Shown here: positions 63,319 to 64,000 of the stretch, in pieces
Layout of the letters: each line of letters opens with the position of its first letter
Position numbering within the stretch: position 1 is the first letter of the stretch
DNA from: a virus
DNA: 64,000 bases
Direction: 5' to 3' (one strand)
Virus record (IMG/VR): IMGVR_UViG_3300028534_000002
Position numbers and translations under genes: made by a program
The notes under the pieces: model-generated
Told to the model about the DNA's origin: nothing
The model's database searches: none
What the model saw: only the letters and a program-made list of their open reading frames with translations

Positions 63319-63456
63319 ATGTATACAATGACATACCTAACAGGTAGAAAGTGGCTAGAATCGCATGCTAGACGCATTAAATGAGGTGCTACTTGGTTCT
63401 AGTTAGTAGAGAACCAGTGAGAGTAGTTAACTTAATCAAATACAAGGAGAAAACAA

Positions 63457-63708
63457 ATGAAAACAGTACAAATGCTAATTGAGAAAGAAATCGCAAAACT
63501 AGGAGACAATGAGTTAGGTTATAAGGAAATTGAAGTAAAGACTCATCTCAAAGATGACATTTACGAAATTCATAGAGCGGCTATTAAGCTTGACAAATTG
63601 AATAAAAAACTTGTATCAGTAGAATACAAAGCTGGCGTGTTTGAGGCACTAGAGAACTACAATGACAGATTGTACATTAGAGAGATCATATCTGAAAAGG
63701 AGTATTAA
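63457..63708 (+). CDS. small early protein (83 aa)
   Basis: RBS AAGGAG. The stop is embedded in the hairpin AAAGGAG-n12-CTCCTTT. Confidence 0.6.
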   Translation: MKTVQMLIEKEIAKLGDNELGYKEIEVKTHLKDDIYEIHRAAIKLDKLNKKLVSVEYKAGVFEALENYNDRLYIREIISEKEY

Positions 63709-63726
63709 CTAAATCTCCTTTCCACG

Positions 63727-63840
63727 TCTAGGTCAATGTGCCTGCACTCAAGGATGGCGTTCACTTTTTTTTAGAGGAGCGGAGCGACGAGAAAAACAAA
63801 GTGGATGGTATCCTTGGAAGTGTAGGTACATTGGTATAGA
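63727..63840 (+). other. long imperfect RNA-type hairpin (candidate ncRNA or RNase III-type processing site)
   Basis: Arms of about 38 nt (63727-63764 and 63801-63840), extended by T8 versus AAAAACAAA. About 7 G-U pairs, all valid only on the + strand. Apical loop agaggagcggagcgacgag. Confidence 0.55.
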
Positions 63841-64000
63841 AACATTTGTTAAACGAGAGATATCCTACCACGCGAAGCGTGTAGTGTTTGGAAGAAACCT
63901 ATCCTTGACTGGTTCCCCAATGCTATGTTATATTTAACTATAAGAAAAACTTATGTAAAAAAAAATAAAATGAGTTTCCTTATATAGTATTAGTATGTAG

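Noticed and set aside
59848-63884. N4-style vRNAP promoter hairpins (5-7 bp stem, 3-nt loop): CTCAA-caa-TTGAG (59848), GAGTATCC-tta-GGGGTACTC (61891), TGAGC-tta-GCTCA (61913), CACGC-gaa-GCGTG (63872), and ATCCA-tcg-TGGAT (14977)
   Set aside because: They share no flanking consensus, their loops differ, and some would put a pyrimidine at the loop centre of the template strand. Short hairpins like these are expected by chance in AT-rich DNA. Not called as promoters without 5'-end data.

Overview
This window is an AT-rich (about one third GC by eye) dsDNA phage segment. Its gene order and hallmark genes match an N4-like (Schitoviridae-type) podovirus. All calls rest on motifs read from the ORF translations and on synteny recalled from N4; no database search was possible.

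(1) nt 349-51615 is one long minus-strand late block, read right to left:
- a packaging gene (TerL, 48201-50129);
- about ten tail/fibre genes, including three paralogous LRR-like proteins and fibres with MAM-like and LamG-like ends;
- a lysis pair (amidase 33194-33631, 3-TM holin 32769-33191);
- portal (29900-32323), an acidic scaffold-like gene, and major capsid (25674-27032);
- internal virion proteins, ending in a 3071-aa virion-RNA-polymerase-like giant (5597-14812; T7-type motifs A/B/C at aa 2196, 2350-2363, 2627);
- a 1735-aa giant with two HExxH motifs (349-5556).

(2) The conserved block is interrupted at about 21.6-25.6 kb by an accessory island. It holds a T5orf172 homing endonuclease, a J-domain protein, a 15-aa basic micropeptide, three tandem covarying hairpins and an HTH/KilAC-like protein.

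(3) nt 51616-52158 is a repeat-dense divergent control region and a possible genome-end junction.

(4) nt 52159-63708 is a plus-strand early/middle block containing:
- a compact 595-aa T7-like single-subunit RNA polymerase;
- a second T5orf172 endonuclease;
- two paralogous RecA-fold ATPases;
- a duplicated two-gene cassette in inverted order;
- a zinc-ribbon gene split by an in-frame TGA;
- a lipoprotein;
- an iteron array;
- many RNA-type hairpins.

The most unusual global signal is a roughly 20-fold over-representation of GAACCAG/CTGGTTC, usually as TGAACCAGT. It occurs in all reading frames and also as inverted pairs at gene ends.
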